IMG/VR virus record: IMGVR_UViG_3300028625_000003
Span: 1-39,554 of that record
Length of the DNA stretch: 39,554 nucleotides
Source of the DNA: a virus
Reading direction: 5' to 3' (one strand)
The notes below the pieces were generated by a model. It made no database searches. It worked only from the letters and a program-made list of their open reading frames with translations, and was not told where the DNA came from. The position numbers were made by a program, and so were the translations under genes. This document shows positions 1 to 6,850 of the stretch, in pieces. Numbering within the stretch: position 1 is the first letter of the stretch; every line of letters starts with the position of its first letter.

Positions 1-127
1 CAGCAACGGTTCGAACGAGAGAAAGTGCGGGGCCTCGACCTGTTCAAAAAGCGCCAGCTTCCGCGCGTCCAGGCTCGGGACTTCCCCGGTTAGCGTCAAG
101 CCGGCCCAGGCGTCGAGCGGAAAGGTC
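1..127. repeat. Terminal direct repeat, copy 1 (identical to 39428..39554); signature of a circularly closed contig
   Basis: nt 1-127 (cagcaacggttcgaacgag...cgagcggaaaggtc) recur base-for-base as the last 127 nt of the window. Confidence 0.97.
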
Positions 128-450
128 TCGCCCGTGTTGGCCATCTCGTTCGGCCACTTGGTCAGGAACAGGAAGGTGTGCCAGGCTGCCGCGGCGCAGA
201 TCTGAAACACGCGACGCTGCCACTGCTGCTCGATCCACGGCCCGAACAGGTCGGCCGTCGAGCAGACAAAGATCTTGGCCGGCGTGGTCACCCGCAGCGG
301 CTCGTTCAGCCGCTCCGGGTGGAATGCCGGCTCGAACGACCTGTGGAAGCGCGTGGCCATCCGCTGGGCAAAACAGTACCAGCAGCCCGTTTTGCAGCCG
401 GTGACCGGGTTCCAGGTGTAGTCACACCACTCGATCTTGGTGCGGTTCAC
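1..450 (-). CDS. DUF5131 / phage Gp37-Gp68 family protein, N-terminal part (gene continues through the circular junction into 39212..39427)
   Basis: GTG at 450 preceded by GGAGGAGG. Translation VNRTKIEWCDYTWNPVTGCKTGCWYCFAQRMA... carries the family N-terminal signature including CX3CX2C. The frame is open to nt 1 and is the same frame as ORF 39212..39526. Not in the ORF track because it is split by the window edge. Confidence 0.8.
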   Translation of the reverse strand, partial: MNRTKIEWCDYTWNPVTGCKTGCWYCFAQRMATRFHRSFEPAFHPERLNEPLRVTTPAKIFVCSTADLFGPWIEQQWQRRVFQICAAAAWHTFLFLTKWPNEMANTGETFPLDAWAGLTLTGEVPSLDARKLALFEQVEAPHFLSFEPLL

Positions 451-680
451 TGTTCCTCCTCCCGGTACGGCCGCCGGTACGCCGGCTCTCCCGGCAACAC
501 TCCATCCGGCGCCTCGACCCGCTCCCACAGCTCGTCCCATATCTCCGGGAAGGCGTGCATGAGCCGTTCCGCGTTTCTGGTGTCCGCCTGGCGCATGGCG
601 GCCATAATGAGCGCCGCAAAGGGCTCGTTCTGGATGGCGATGGCGATCTGGATGCTGCGCGCGTAGTCGTAGTGGCTCAT
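447..680 (-). CDS. hypothetical protein (77 aa)
   Basis: Inside ORF 447..809. ATG at 680 follows a GGAGAC SD; its stop overlaps the downstream GTG (GTGA coupling at 447-450). Confidence 0.6.
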   Translation of the reverse strand: MSHYDYARSIQIAIAIQNEPFAALIMAAMRQADTRNAERLMHAFPEIWDELWERVEAPDGVLPGEPAYRRPYREEEQ

Positions 681-895
681 AGCGCCGTCTCCCGCTCCGG
701 GCCGGCCGGGTGCGCGGCACGGAGGATCTCGTCCGGCTCCAGCGCGCGCAGTCTCCGGCACACCGGACAATAGAAGTTGCCGTAGCGCACCGCGCCGCAC
801 TCCGGACACACCGGGTGCTCGTGAGGCCCGGTCTCCAGGCAGGTCAGGAACGGACAGGGTCCGCCAAAGTGCACGGCGCTGGCGTTCACGGGCAC
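677..895 (-). CDS. small zinc-ribbon protein (CPEC...CPVC)
   Basis: ORF track 677..895. GTG start, ATGA overlap with the next gene, two CxxC pairs. Confidence 0.55.
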   Translation of the reverse strand: MPVNASAVHFGGPCPFLTCLETGPHEHPVCPECGAVRYGNFYCPVCRRLRALEPDEILRAAHPAGPERETAL

Positions 896-993
896 ACCCC
901 CGCGGCGATCAGCTGCTGCTCCGCGTAGATGGTCAGGGCCACCAGGACCAGCCCCAGCAGGAAGAAGATGACGAAGACGACCTTATCGCCCAT
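886..993 (-). CDS. 35-aa single-pass membrane peptide (MGDKVVFVIFFLLGLVLVALTIYAEQQLIAAGVCP)
   Basis: ATG 993 sits 4-5 nt after AAGGAGGAG. Hydrophobic core, overlaps both neighbours; too short for the ORF track. Confidence 0.45.
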   Translation of the reverse strand: MGDKVVFVIFFLLGLVLVALTIYAEQQLIAAGVCP

Positions 994-1180
994 CGGGCTC
1001 CTCCTTCACAAACTGCTTGTGGAACGTGCTGGACTGGACCTCGTCCTTGGTGCCATCCGGCCAGACAACCTGGTGGACGACGGTGAAGCGGCCGGCCAGG
1101 ACTGCCTTGCGGTGGCCCGTGACACGGACGACCTGGTTGGTCTTTTTGTGGCGGTAGAGGCATTCGGCTGTCTCGCTCAT
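983..1180 (-). CDS. DUF1653-like small protein (YRHKKTNQVVRV motif), paralog of 1536..1733
   Basis: ORF track 983..1180; ATGA overlap with the upstream gene. Confidence 0.6.
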   Translation of the reverse strand: MSETAECLYRHKKTNQVVRVTGHRKAVLAGRFTVVHQVVWPDGTKDEVQSSTFHKQFVKEEPDGR

Positions 1181-1536
1181 AGGATCACCGGTGGGTCGAT
1201 CTCGGCGTCGTCATCTTCTTCCGCCCACTCTGGCGGTTCCGGCGGTTCGTCGTCGTCGGCCGGCGTGGTGTGGGCCGCCAATAGAGGCGGGGCGACGACG
1301 TACGGCGCGACCGGCGCGACGTGGAGCCGGTTCACCGCGCGCCGCATCGTCGCCTCGTCCGTCGGCGTGATCCCGTAGATCGCCTGGCCGGCAAAGAATT
1401 TGGTGTAGGCGGGTTGTTCCTCTGTCTCCGGCACGTCCACCCGCAGCATCGGCACGCCGGCGACGCTCTCCTCCGAGATTCGTCCCGCGATGACGTTGTG
1501 CCCCATGAGCTCCACAATGGCGAAAGTGTTCTCCAT
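1177..1536 (-). CDS. hypothetical protein with strongly acidic C-terminal tail
   Basis: ORF track 1177..1536; TGATG coupling at 1534-1538. C-terminus is DDDEPPEPPEWAEEDDDAEIDPPVIL. Confidence 0.65.
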   Translation of the reverse strand: MENTFAIVELMGHNVIAGRISEESVAGVPMLRVDVPETEEQPAYTKFFAGQAIYGITPTDEATMRRAVNRLHVAPVAPYVVAPPLLAAHTTPADDDEPPEPPEWAEEDDDAEIDPPVIL

Positions 1537-1733
1537 CAGGGTTTCTCCTCCACTCGTTCGTACTGGTTGCGCAGCTGGTCCCCGGTAACCTCGTGCCGTC
1601 CGCCCATGGGGCCGACGAGGGTAAAGACGCCGTACTGGATCGCGAGGGGCCCGCGGTCCTTTTTCGTGCGGAAGCGCACGACCTGGTAGCGGCGCCGGGT
1701 GATCTTGTGGCGGTAAACGCGCGGCGGGGTCAT
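1536..1733 (-). CDS. DUF1653-like small protein (YRHKITRRRYQVVRF motif)
   Basis: Inside ORF 1536..1796; ATG 1733 preceded by GGAGGAGC. Confidence 0.6.
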   Translation of the reverse strand: MTPPRVYRHKITRRRYQVVRFRTKKDRGPLAIQYGVFTLVGPMGGRHEVTGDQLRNQYERVEEKP

Positions 1734-1954
1734 AGCTCCTCCCGTTGCCGGAAGAAGGATTCCGCCTGGCGGCGCACGATCTGCAGCTCTTCCCACCGCG
1801 CGGCCGTCTCGGGGCCCCGGTCGTAGGCGATCCCGGCGGCGAGCAGCCGAGAAATCCAGCCGCGGGCTGTCTGTTGCGCCGGCGCCCGGGCGGCGGACAA
1901 GGCGTCGTTGGCCAGGCGGGATAACTCGTTCAGCTCCTCATTGGTCGGCGGCAT
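1730..1954 (-). CDS. hypothetical helical protein (74 aa)
   Basis: Inside ORF 1730..1969. The second ATG (1954) lies 4 nt after AAGGAGGG; ATGA overlap at 1730-1733. Confidence 0.55.
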   Translation of the reverse strand: MPPTNEELNELSRLANDALSAARAPAQQTARGWISRLLAAGIAYDRGPETAARWEELQIVRRQAESFFRQREEL

Positions 1955-2474
1955 AGAGCCCTCCTTCATTGTTCAGAAACACGCCCAGCAGCTCCACCGG
2001 CACGCACCCGTCCCGCTGCGTGACGTACTGCTCGTACCCCGGCCGGATCGCGTAGGCGGTTATGGCTACCAGGCGCCCCACGAGCGCGTCGACGTAGAAC
2101 GGCACCAACCCCAGCTGCCCGTTGGCGAGCCGGCATACGAGATAGCCCTTCGTGCCGTCCGCCGGCGCCGCCGGGTCGGCCCCACACTCCAGGTAGACGG
2201 TCGCACAGTAGCCGTTCCGCGCCGCCTCCAGGATCTGCCGCGCCACGTCCCCGTGGCGGGCCACCGCGTGGCCCTCGGCCCCGGCGACGTCCAGACCGAG
2301 CTGGTCCAGCGCGCCGGCCCGCGCCGCCTGCTGGACGACCGGCGCGGGGGCCAGGCTGATGCTCGGCGCCTCTAGCGGCGCCTGGCGCAGCGCGGGCCCC
2401 AGGACCACTACCCCGGCCAATACTACTATCGCGATCAGGAACAGGAACAAGGCCGCTTCCATCGTTGAGGCCAT
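1938..2474 (-). CDS. membrane-anchored hypothetical protein (N-terminal TM helix, 178 aa)
   Basis: ORF track 1938..2474. N-terminus is MEAALFLFLIAIVVLAGVVVLG. Confidence 0.6.
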   Translation of the reverse strand: MASTMEAALFLFLIAIVVLAGVVVLGPALRQAPLEAPSISLAPAPVVQQAARAGALDQLGLDVAGAEGHAVARHGDVARQILEAARNGYCATVYLECGADPAAPADGTKGYLVCRLANGQLGLVPFYVDALVGRLVAITAYAIRPGYEQYVTQRDGCVPVELLGVFLNNEGGLYAADQ

Positions 2475-2495
2475 GACCCACCTGCCTTTTTGGTA

Positions 2496-2523
2496 GGGGC
2501 CCGGCTCCCCGCGTCCGGGCCCC
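2496..2523 (-). other. 9-bp GC stem-loop upstream of gene 1938..2474
   Basis: GGGGCCCGG (2496-2504) pairs with CCGGGCCCC (2515-2523), 10-nt loop. No U-tract follows on the transcribed (minus) strand. Confidence 0.5.
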
Positions 2524-2592
2524 CCACTTGTGGTCGCCGCCCGCGGGGAGGGCGGTGGAACAAAGGGGCTTTATTTCTGGCGTCGCCCCGTG

Positions 2593-2661
2593 TGCCGGCC
2601 GCCGGAATCGAACCGGCCCTGTACCTCCCGTGGTCGCTCTACCATTTGAGCTACGACCGGC
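2593..2661 (-). tRNA. tRNA-like element with non-canonical (truncated) anticodon arm; possibly a pseudo-tRNA
   Basis: Minus strand reads GCCGGTC-GTA-GCTC-AAATGGTA-GAGC-G-ACC-ACGGGA-GGT-ACAGG-GCCGG-TTCGATT-CCGGC-GGCCGGC-A. Acceptor stem is 7 bp; the D arm (GG in the loop) and T arm are canonical. Only 3 bp plus a 6-nt loop stand where a 5-bp/7-nt anticodon arm should be. Total length 69 nt. Confidence 0.5.
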
Positions 2662-2930
2662 TTTTGGGGAAACGACCGGCTGCATTCCACCACTATCCGC
2701 AAGGGAGTCGTATCAGCCGTTAGGGAACTTCAGTGGGCTAGGCACCCCACAGGTCGTTTCCGCCTGCCTGTCGTCAGTCAACGCGCTGTCCTTCCGGGCT
2801 GGATGAGGGCCTGCGACTGGCGCGTTGTACTGCCTAAGTTGGGAAAGAGCTGTGTCGACTGCCCCGCCGTAACAGTGCCCTGCCAGGCCGCGGTGTCCCT
2901 GCGGGATACGCGAACGGGGCAGCCGGGTGG

Positions 2931-3716
2931 TTACCACTGGTCCGGGTCGTGGGGGTCCTTGGGCGCCCCGTTCTGGTCCGTGTACTCCTCGTACTCGGGC
3001 ACGTCGCCGATGGCCGCCTTGAACCGCGCGCGCAGCGCCAGGACGGCCGACTTCTGCTCGGGCGCGAGGTCCGGCCCCACCTGGAACTTGGCCACGCTGT
3101 AGGGCTGGCCCGCCGCGTTCATGGCGTCCGCGAGCTGGATGATCGTCTCGACGGTGAAGAAGTAGCGGGCCCGCCGGAGATCTTTCAGGTGGCTGGCGTA
3201 GACGTCGAACTCCACGCAGCTCGTGGGCGGGATCGTCAGGATGGCCGGCATGTCGCGCTCGGCCGGCAGGACCAGGAACCGCCGCATCTCCTTGCACGCC
3301 TTGCCCCTGCCGGCCCGCTTCGTGCCGTCCGGGCCGGCCTTGACCTCGCTGCCCCAGGCATTGTAGGGGCAGGAGAGGCAGTTGACCTGGACCACGCTGC
3401 CGTCGTCCCGGCTCCACAGGCCCTGGACGCCCCCGGCCGACCAGCACAACGGCCGCTTGTCGTCCGCGTCCTCGCCCAGGCGGTTCGGCCACAGGGCGCG
3501 CGTGATCATGCTGGCCAGGATGATGCCGCGGAACTCGGGAAAGACCTCTTTCTTGTCCAGGACGTTCTGGAACATGCCCGTCCCTCCGCCGGCGATGCGG
3601 TAGCGAGGCGGATGGTAGACGAAACTGTGCTCGTCGGCGGCGATCTCGGCCGCGACGGCCTGATCGATTTCGCTCAGGGCCCCGGCCGGGGCCGGCACAA
3701 CCAAATCCTTGCTCAT
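2931..3716 (-). CDS. hypothetical early protein with CxxC motif and acidic aromatic-ended C-terminal tail (possible ssDNA-binding/recombination accessory)
   Basis: ORF track 2931..3716; SD GGAGGAGACC before the ATG. Contains CLSCPYNAWGS...GKACK and ends ...EYEEYTDQNGAPKDPHDPDQW. Confidence 0.7.
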   Translation of the reverse strand: MSKDLVVPAPAGALSEIDQAVAAEIAADEHSFVYHPPRYRIAGGGTGMFQNVLDKKEVFPEFRGIILASMITRALWPNRLGEDADDKRPLCWSAGGVQGLWSRDDGSVVQVNCLSCPYNAWGSEVKAGPDGTKRAGRGKACKEMRRFLVLPAERDMPAILTIPPTSCVEFDVYASHLKDLRRARYFFTVETIIQLADAMNAAGQPYSVAKFQVGPDLAPEQKSAVLALRARFKAAIGDVPEYEEYTDQNGAPKDPHDPDQW

Positions 3717-3726
3717 GGTCTCCTCC

Positions 3727-4197
3727 TTACTCCAAGCTCAACACGTCCAGGAGCGCCGTTACGACCCGGCACCGGGCGTGCGCCATTTTCAGCTCCTGGT
3801 CGGCGATGCTGTACTCGAGCGCGGCCTGGGAAAAGGCCAGCTGCGCCGCGGCGTGGGCCTGGGCCGCCGCGCCATACACGCCGCCGTTCCCGGCCTCGGC
3901 GCGGAGGAGCACGGCCCGCTGCGCCTTGCGCGCCTCCTCATTCTTGCCGTTGATGCGGCCCTCGGGGAACGTCTCCCCCAGGACCAGCTCCGCCTCGGCG
4001 GCCTCGAGCATCTTGGCGGCCTCGTTCAAGCGCTCCTCGGCCTGGCCGCGGGCGGCGAGGCGCTGGCCCCAGGACTGCGTGGCCTGGGCGAGCTGGTCCA
4101 GCGCCGCCCCGGCCTGGACGATCGTCTGCTCGCGCGTGTCGTCGAGGGCCCGCGCGAGGACCTCTGCTACGAGCTGCTGCATTTGCTGGGCGTTCAT
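3727..4197 (-). CDS. hypothetical coiled-coil protein (156 aa)
   Basis: ORF track 3727..4197; GAGGAGGAATCG before the ATG. Confidence 0.65.
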   Translation of the reverse strand: MNAQQMQQLVAEVLARALDDTREQTIVQAGAALDQLAQATQSWGQRLAARGQAEERLNEAAKMLEAAEAELVLGETFPEGRINGKNEEARKAQRAVLLRAEAGNGGVYGAAAQAHAAAQLAFSQAALEYSIADQELKMAHARCRVVTALLDVLSLE

Positions 4198-4257
4198 CGA
4201 TTCCTCCTCTGTTTTCGTTCCCGGTCCCGAATCCGGTGAATCAAGGCGGTCGCCGCC

Positions 4258-4572
4258 TCAGCCTCCTGACAGCAGCCGCCCGGTCCGCGGGCTCCAGCGC
4301 TGGCCGCCGTAGCGGCCCGGGCCGTTGGGGTTGACCAGGAGCCGGCTGTCCTGCTCGACGTGCCCGCAGGGGCAGAGGAAGTAGATCAGCCGGTAGATGA
4401 TCCACTTGGGATCGGTCAGACCGAACGTCATCATCCGCTCCCCGCAGATTGGGCACTTCCGGCGGGAGGCCCGCACCCGGTAGGTGTGGCGCTCCGGGCA
4501 TTCGCACTGGGCGTCGCGGCCGTACAGCCGCAAAGGGGTGGCACATTCGGGGCCGGTTACGGGCTTAGGCAT
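4258..4572 (-). CDS. zinc-ribbon protein (104 aa)
   Basis: Inside ORF 4258..4848; ATG 4572 after GGAGGTG. Cys pattern CECPERH...CPICG...CPCGH. Confidence 0.6.
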   Translation of the reverse strand: MPKPVTGPECATPLRLYGRDAQCECPERHTYRVRASRRKCPICGERMMTFGLTDPKWIIYRLIYFLCPCGHVEQDSRLLVNPNGPGRYGGQRWSPRTGRLLSGG

Positions 4573-5008
4573 CGGGCACCTCCAGGAGAATGCGACCATC
4601 GGGGAAGCGGGTGAACGTCCACTCGACCTCCCACTCCCAGGGCCGGCCGGCAGGGGTCCCCGGCTGCCCCTGAGCGCCGGCCGGCCGAGAGGAGGAGAGG
4701 ACCGCGGCGCCAACGGCGGCCGCGGAGCGCGCCAACAGTCCGGGGCCCTCGCGTGCCCCACGTGCATTCCCGGCGCCGTTGGCGCGCTCCGGGGTCGACC
4801 AGCGCCGCATGATGCGATCGACCAGCGGAGCAAAGTTCTCCCGCGCAAAGCGGTGACTCACGACCGGCGCGCGGGCGACGAGGCAAAGAGCCACGACCTC
4901 GCTGGCCTTGAGGAGCCTGCCGCGGTGCAGGATGGCGTTGGCCTCGACCTGTGGGTGCTCGTCCAGGAACGCGGTGAGATCGGCGGAGGAGATGGTTTCG
5001 GGGTGCAT
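4565..5008 (-). CDS. hypothetical protein (147 aa)
   Basis: ORF track 4565..5008; AAGGAGCG SD. Confidence 0.6.
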   Translation of the reverse strand: MHPETISSADLTAFLDEHPQVEANAILHRGRLLKASEVVALCLVARAPVVSHRFARENFAPLVDRIMRRWSTPERANGAGNARGAREGPGLLARSAAAVGAAVLSSSRPAGAQGQPGTPAGRPWEWEVEWTFTRFPDGRILLEVPDA

Positions 5009-5011
5009 CGG

Positions 5012-5341
5012 CTACGCTCCTTGTGCCTTGGCGATGGCGGCGCGGAGGACGATGAGGCTCGCGCTCCAACACTCCCATGCGTCGCCCGCGGCGTCGTCTG
5101 TCGGAGGATCGGCTGCCAGGTACTTGTAGGCCAGCTCCGCGGCGGCGAGCAGGTCCGGCGCGGCGGCGATCAGGCGGGCGTTGGCCTCCACCGGCGCCCA
5201 GTCGTCCGGGCCGACGCGATGGAACGCCTCGGCGATGATCTGGCCGTCGCCGTCCATAATGGCCCGGTCGTTTCGCTGGTCGGCGGGAACGGGGCCGGCG
5301 ACGGTGAGGATGGTCCAGGGTCCCGGGGTAGGCTCAGACAC
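5012..5341 (-). CDS. hypothetical phage protein with NARLIAAAPDLL motif
   Basis: ORF track 5012..5341. GTG start after GGAGGTGG, overlapping the stop of the RHH gene. Confidence 0.65.
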   Translation of the reverse strand: MSEPTPGPWTILTVAGPVPADQRNDRAIMDGDGQIIAEAFHRVGPDDWAPVEANARLIAAAPDLLAAAELAYKYLAADPPTDDAAGDAWECWSASLIVLRAAIAKAQGA

Positions 5342-5540
5342 TGGCCACCTCCCGGCGGGCGTGCTGCAGGTAGAACAGCAGGGCCGCGTTCACCAGGCTG
5401 GAGCGGTCGGTGGGCACGCCCTGCCGGCGCAATTCCAGGATGTAAGTGTCGGTGGCAAAGAGCACGTCGGGGTCGAAGACCACCGAGGTCTTGTACTGGT
5501 CTTCCGGGATCCGGTCCTGCGTAACCAGGCGTTTTGGCAT
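5334..5540 (-). CDS. ribbon-helix-helix (Arc/CopG/MetJ-like) regulator, Cro-like position
   Basis: Inside ORF 5334..5603; ATG 5540 after GGAGGTAAA. The stretch KTSVVFDPDVLFATDTYILELRRQGVPTDRSSLVNAALLFYL fits a beta-alpha-alpha RHH pattern. First gene of the leftward operon. Confidence 0.65.
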   Translation of the reverse strand: MPKRLVTQDRIPEDQYKTSVVFDPDVLFATDTYILELRRQGVPTDRSSLVNAALLFYLQHARREVASV

Positions 5541-5574
5541 GGGGTTTACCTCCGTTGGACTAGAGACACCTAGA

Positions 5575-5603
5575 AGTATAACAGAATATGCCCGATTAGT
5601 CAA
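5575..5603 (-). promoter_or_regulatory. leftward early promoter (sigma70-like)
   Basis: Minus strand reads TTGACT (5603-5598), 17 nt, TATACT (5580-5575), about 35 nt upstream of the RHH gene ATG. Confidence 0.6.
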
Positions 5604-5606
5604 TTT

Positions 5607-5723
5607 GATAGGCCCTTGTTGTCATAGATTGGGGACGATTCTTTACTATGATTTACTGGGCCTATCTCTTATGACTAAACAGTTCCTTCAGTTTTCGCCG
5701 TTTTTTGATAAAATGGGCCTATG
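5607..5723. promoter_or_regulatory. three copies of a 9-bp operator-like motif GGGCCTAT(C/G)
   Basis: GATAGGCCC 5607-5615 (inverted, abutting the leftward -35); GGGCCTATC 5658-5666; GGGCCTATG 5715-5723 (overlapping the repressor start codon). All lie in the AT-rich divergent intergenic region. Confidence 0.5.
5706..5714 (+). promoter_or_regulatory. extended -10 promoter (TGaTAAAAT) placing the transcript start at or next to the repressor ATG (leaderless mRNA candidate)
   Basis: TG at 5706-5707 and TAAAAT at 5709-5714. The ATG at 5721 is 7 nt downstream and no SD precedes it. Confidence 0.4.
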
Positions 5724-6146
5724 ACTGAAGTCAGAGTTGGCACGTTATTACAGCGACTTCGGAAGGCCGCGGGGATGACACAAACCCGCTTGGCCGAAGA
5801 GTTGGGTTACGGTCAAGAATACGTGAGCCGCGTCGAGCGCGGCAAGCGGCCCCCCTCCTGGCGTTTCCTGGCCGCTTTCGCGGCGCTCATGCACGTGCCG
5901 GTCGAGGATCTGTTGCGGGCGGCCGGCTTGGCCGAGCAGCCGGAGATCGACGAGGTCGAGTTAGCCTCGTTGGTAGCGGCGCACCCTGATCTGGAAGCGG
6001 TTTTCTTGTACGCCCGTCAGGACCCGTCACTGCTGAAAGAGCTGGCCCGCTTCGCGCGGATGCTGGTCGCGGAGAAACAGCAGGCGGAGAAGCAGCGTGA
6101 ACAAGGCGGAGGAACTCCTGCAGCGTCTCGAGGCCCGAGCGACTGA
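5721..6146 (+). CDS. XRE-family HTH transcriptional regulator (CI-like repressor candidate)
   Basis: ORF track 5721..6146. HTH segment MTQTRLAEELGYGQEYVSRVERGKRPP. Confidence 0.8.
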   Translation: MTEVRVGTLLQRLRKAAGMTQTRLAEELGYGQEYVSRVERGKRPPSWRFLAAFAALMHVPVEDLLRAAGLAEQPEIDEVELASLVAAHPDLEAVFLYARQDPSLLKELARFARMLVAEKQQAEKQREQGGGTPAASRGPSD

Positions 6147-6396
6147 GCGCGCCCAATCCTTACTCTTCCTGCCCCTGGCGGTTTATGCCGGGGGCCTGCT
6201 CCTGCCCTTATTCCTGGGCTTCCCCGGTGTGTTTCTGGCCTTGCTGCTGGCCACGGCCGTGACGCTGCGGACGATGTTCCGCCTGCAGCGGATCATGCGC
6301 TGGACCATCGGCGAGGCCGCCACCGTCTATGCCGTGTGCGGTCGGATCGTCGAGTTCCGGGTCGTACCGGAGCTGCACATTGTAGGAGCGGAATAA
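6097..6396 (+). CDS. membrane protein (2 TM, 99 aa)
   Basis: ORF track 6097..6396; GTG after GGAGAAG. Hydrophobic stretch LLFLPLAVYAGGLLLPLFLGFPGVFLALLLATAV. Confidence 0.55.
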   Translation: MNKAEELLQRLEARATERAQSLLFLPLAVYAGGLLLPLFLGFPGVFLALLLATAVTLRTMFRLQRIMRWTIGEAATVYAVCGRIVEFRVVPELHIVGAE

Positions 6397-6410
6397 CAAG
6401 GAGGACATTG

Positions 6411-6668
6411 ATGGCCGAGGAAGCAAAACCCAAAGTAGCGGAAAAGAAGCCGGTCGCCCCGGCGGGGCCGGCGGTCCTGGTGCTGGCTGGGGTTATCGTC
6501 GGCCTATTGTTTGTCAGCGCCGGGCTGAACATGATCGGCCTGCGGTCCCAGGCGGGGAACACTGTGGCCGAGGCGTACTACCAGGCTAGTGGCTGGGCCT
6601 GTCTGGGCCTGGGGCTGTTCTGTGCCAGCGTGTTATGGACGCTGTCCTGGCTGGTGGGAAAAAAATAG
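6411..6668 (+). CDS. small membrane protein (2 TM, 85 aa)
   Basis: Inside ORF 6336..6668; ATG 6411 after AAGGAGGA. Confidence 0.6.
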   Translation: MAEEAKPKVAEKKPVAPAGPAVLVLAGVIVGLLFVSAGLNMIGLRSQAGNTVAEAYYQASGWACLGLGLFCASVLWTLSWLVGKK

Positions 6669-6788
6669 CGGCTGGCCCCTGGTGGCTGCTGGCGAACAGG
6701 TATAAGTCTCGCGTGCCCAACTGCCCCCTTCACGGGAAAACATTCCCCAAAAGCGTTTCATCTGGCGGAGGGGGCAATGAAACGGCCT

Positions 6789-6816
6789 TGTTCCGTCTGG
6801 GAAACCAGGCGGAACA
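6789..6816 (+). promoter_or_regulatory. conserved GAAA-tetraloop hairpin element, copy A (in the methyltransferase 5' leader)
   Basis: TGTTCCGTCTGG-GAAA-CCAGGCGGAACA forms a 12-bp stem (one G-U). The core TGGGAAACCAGRCGRAACA is shared with copies at 29284, 34817 and 35092. Confidence 0.7.
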
Positions 6817-6850
6817 GCTTGTTTGTGGATAATCCTTCCAGGAGACACTG

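Noticed and set aside
1-127. 127-nt terminal repeat as a biological direct terminal repeat or cos-flanking redundancy
   Set aside because: An exact fixed-length overlap with a gene reading through the join is more simply explained by assembly of a circular or permuted genome. This cannot be settled without read-level data.
2593-2680. tRNA-like element plus 9-bp direct repeat as a functional attP site
   Set aside because: I could recognise no integrase or recombinase anywhere in the closed genome. The duplicated segment is the 5' end, not the 3' end, of the tRNA-like sequence. It is kept only as one of several hypotheses.
5012-5540. RHH gene plus downstream 109-aa ORF as a toxin-antitoxin pair
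   Set aside because: The downstream protein (NARLIAAAPDLL family) has no toxin-like motif. The RHH gene sits at the head of the early operon next to operator repeats, which fits a Cro-like regulator better.
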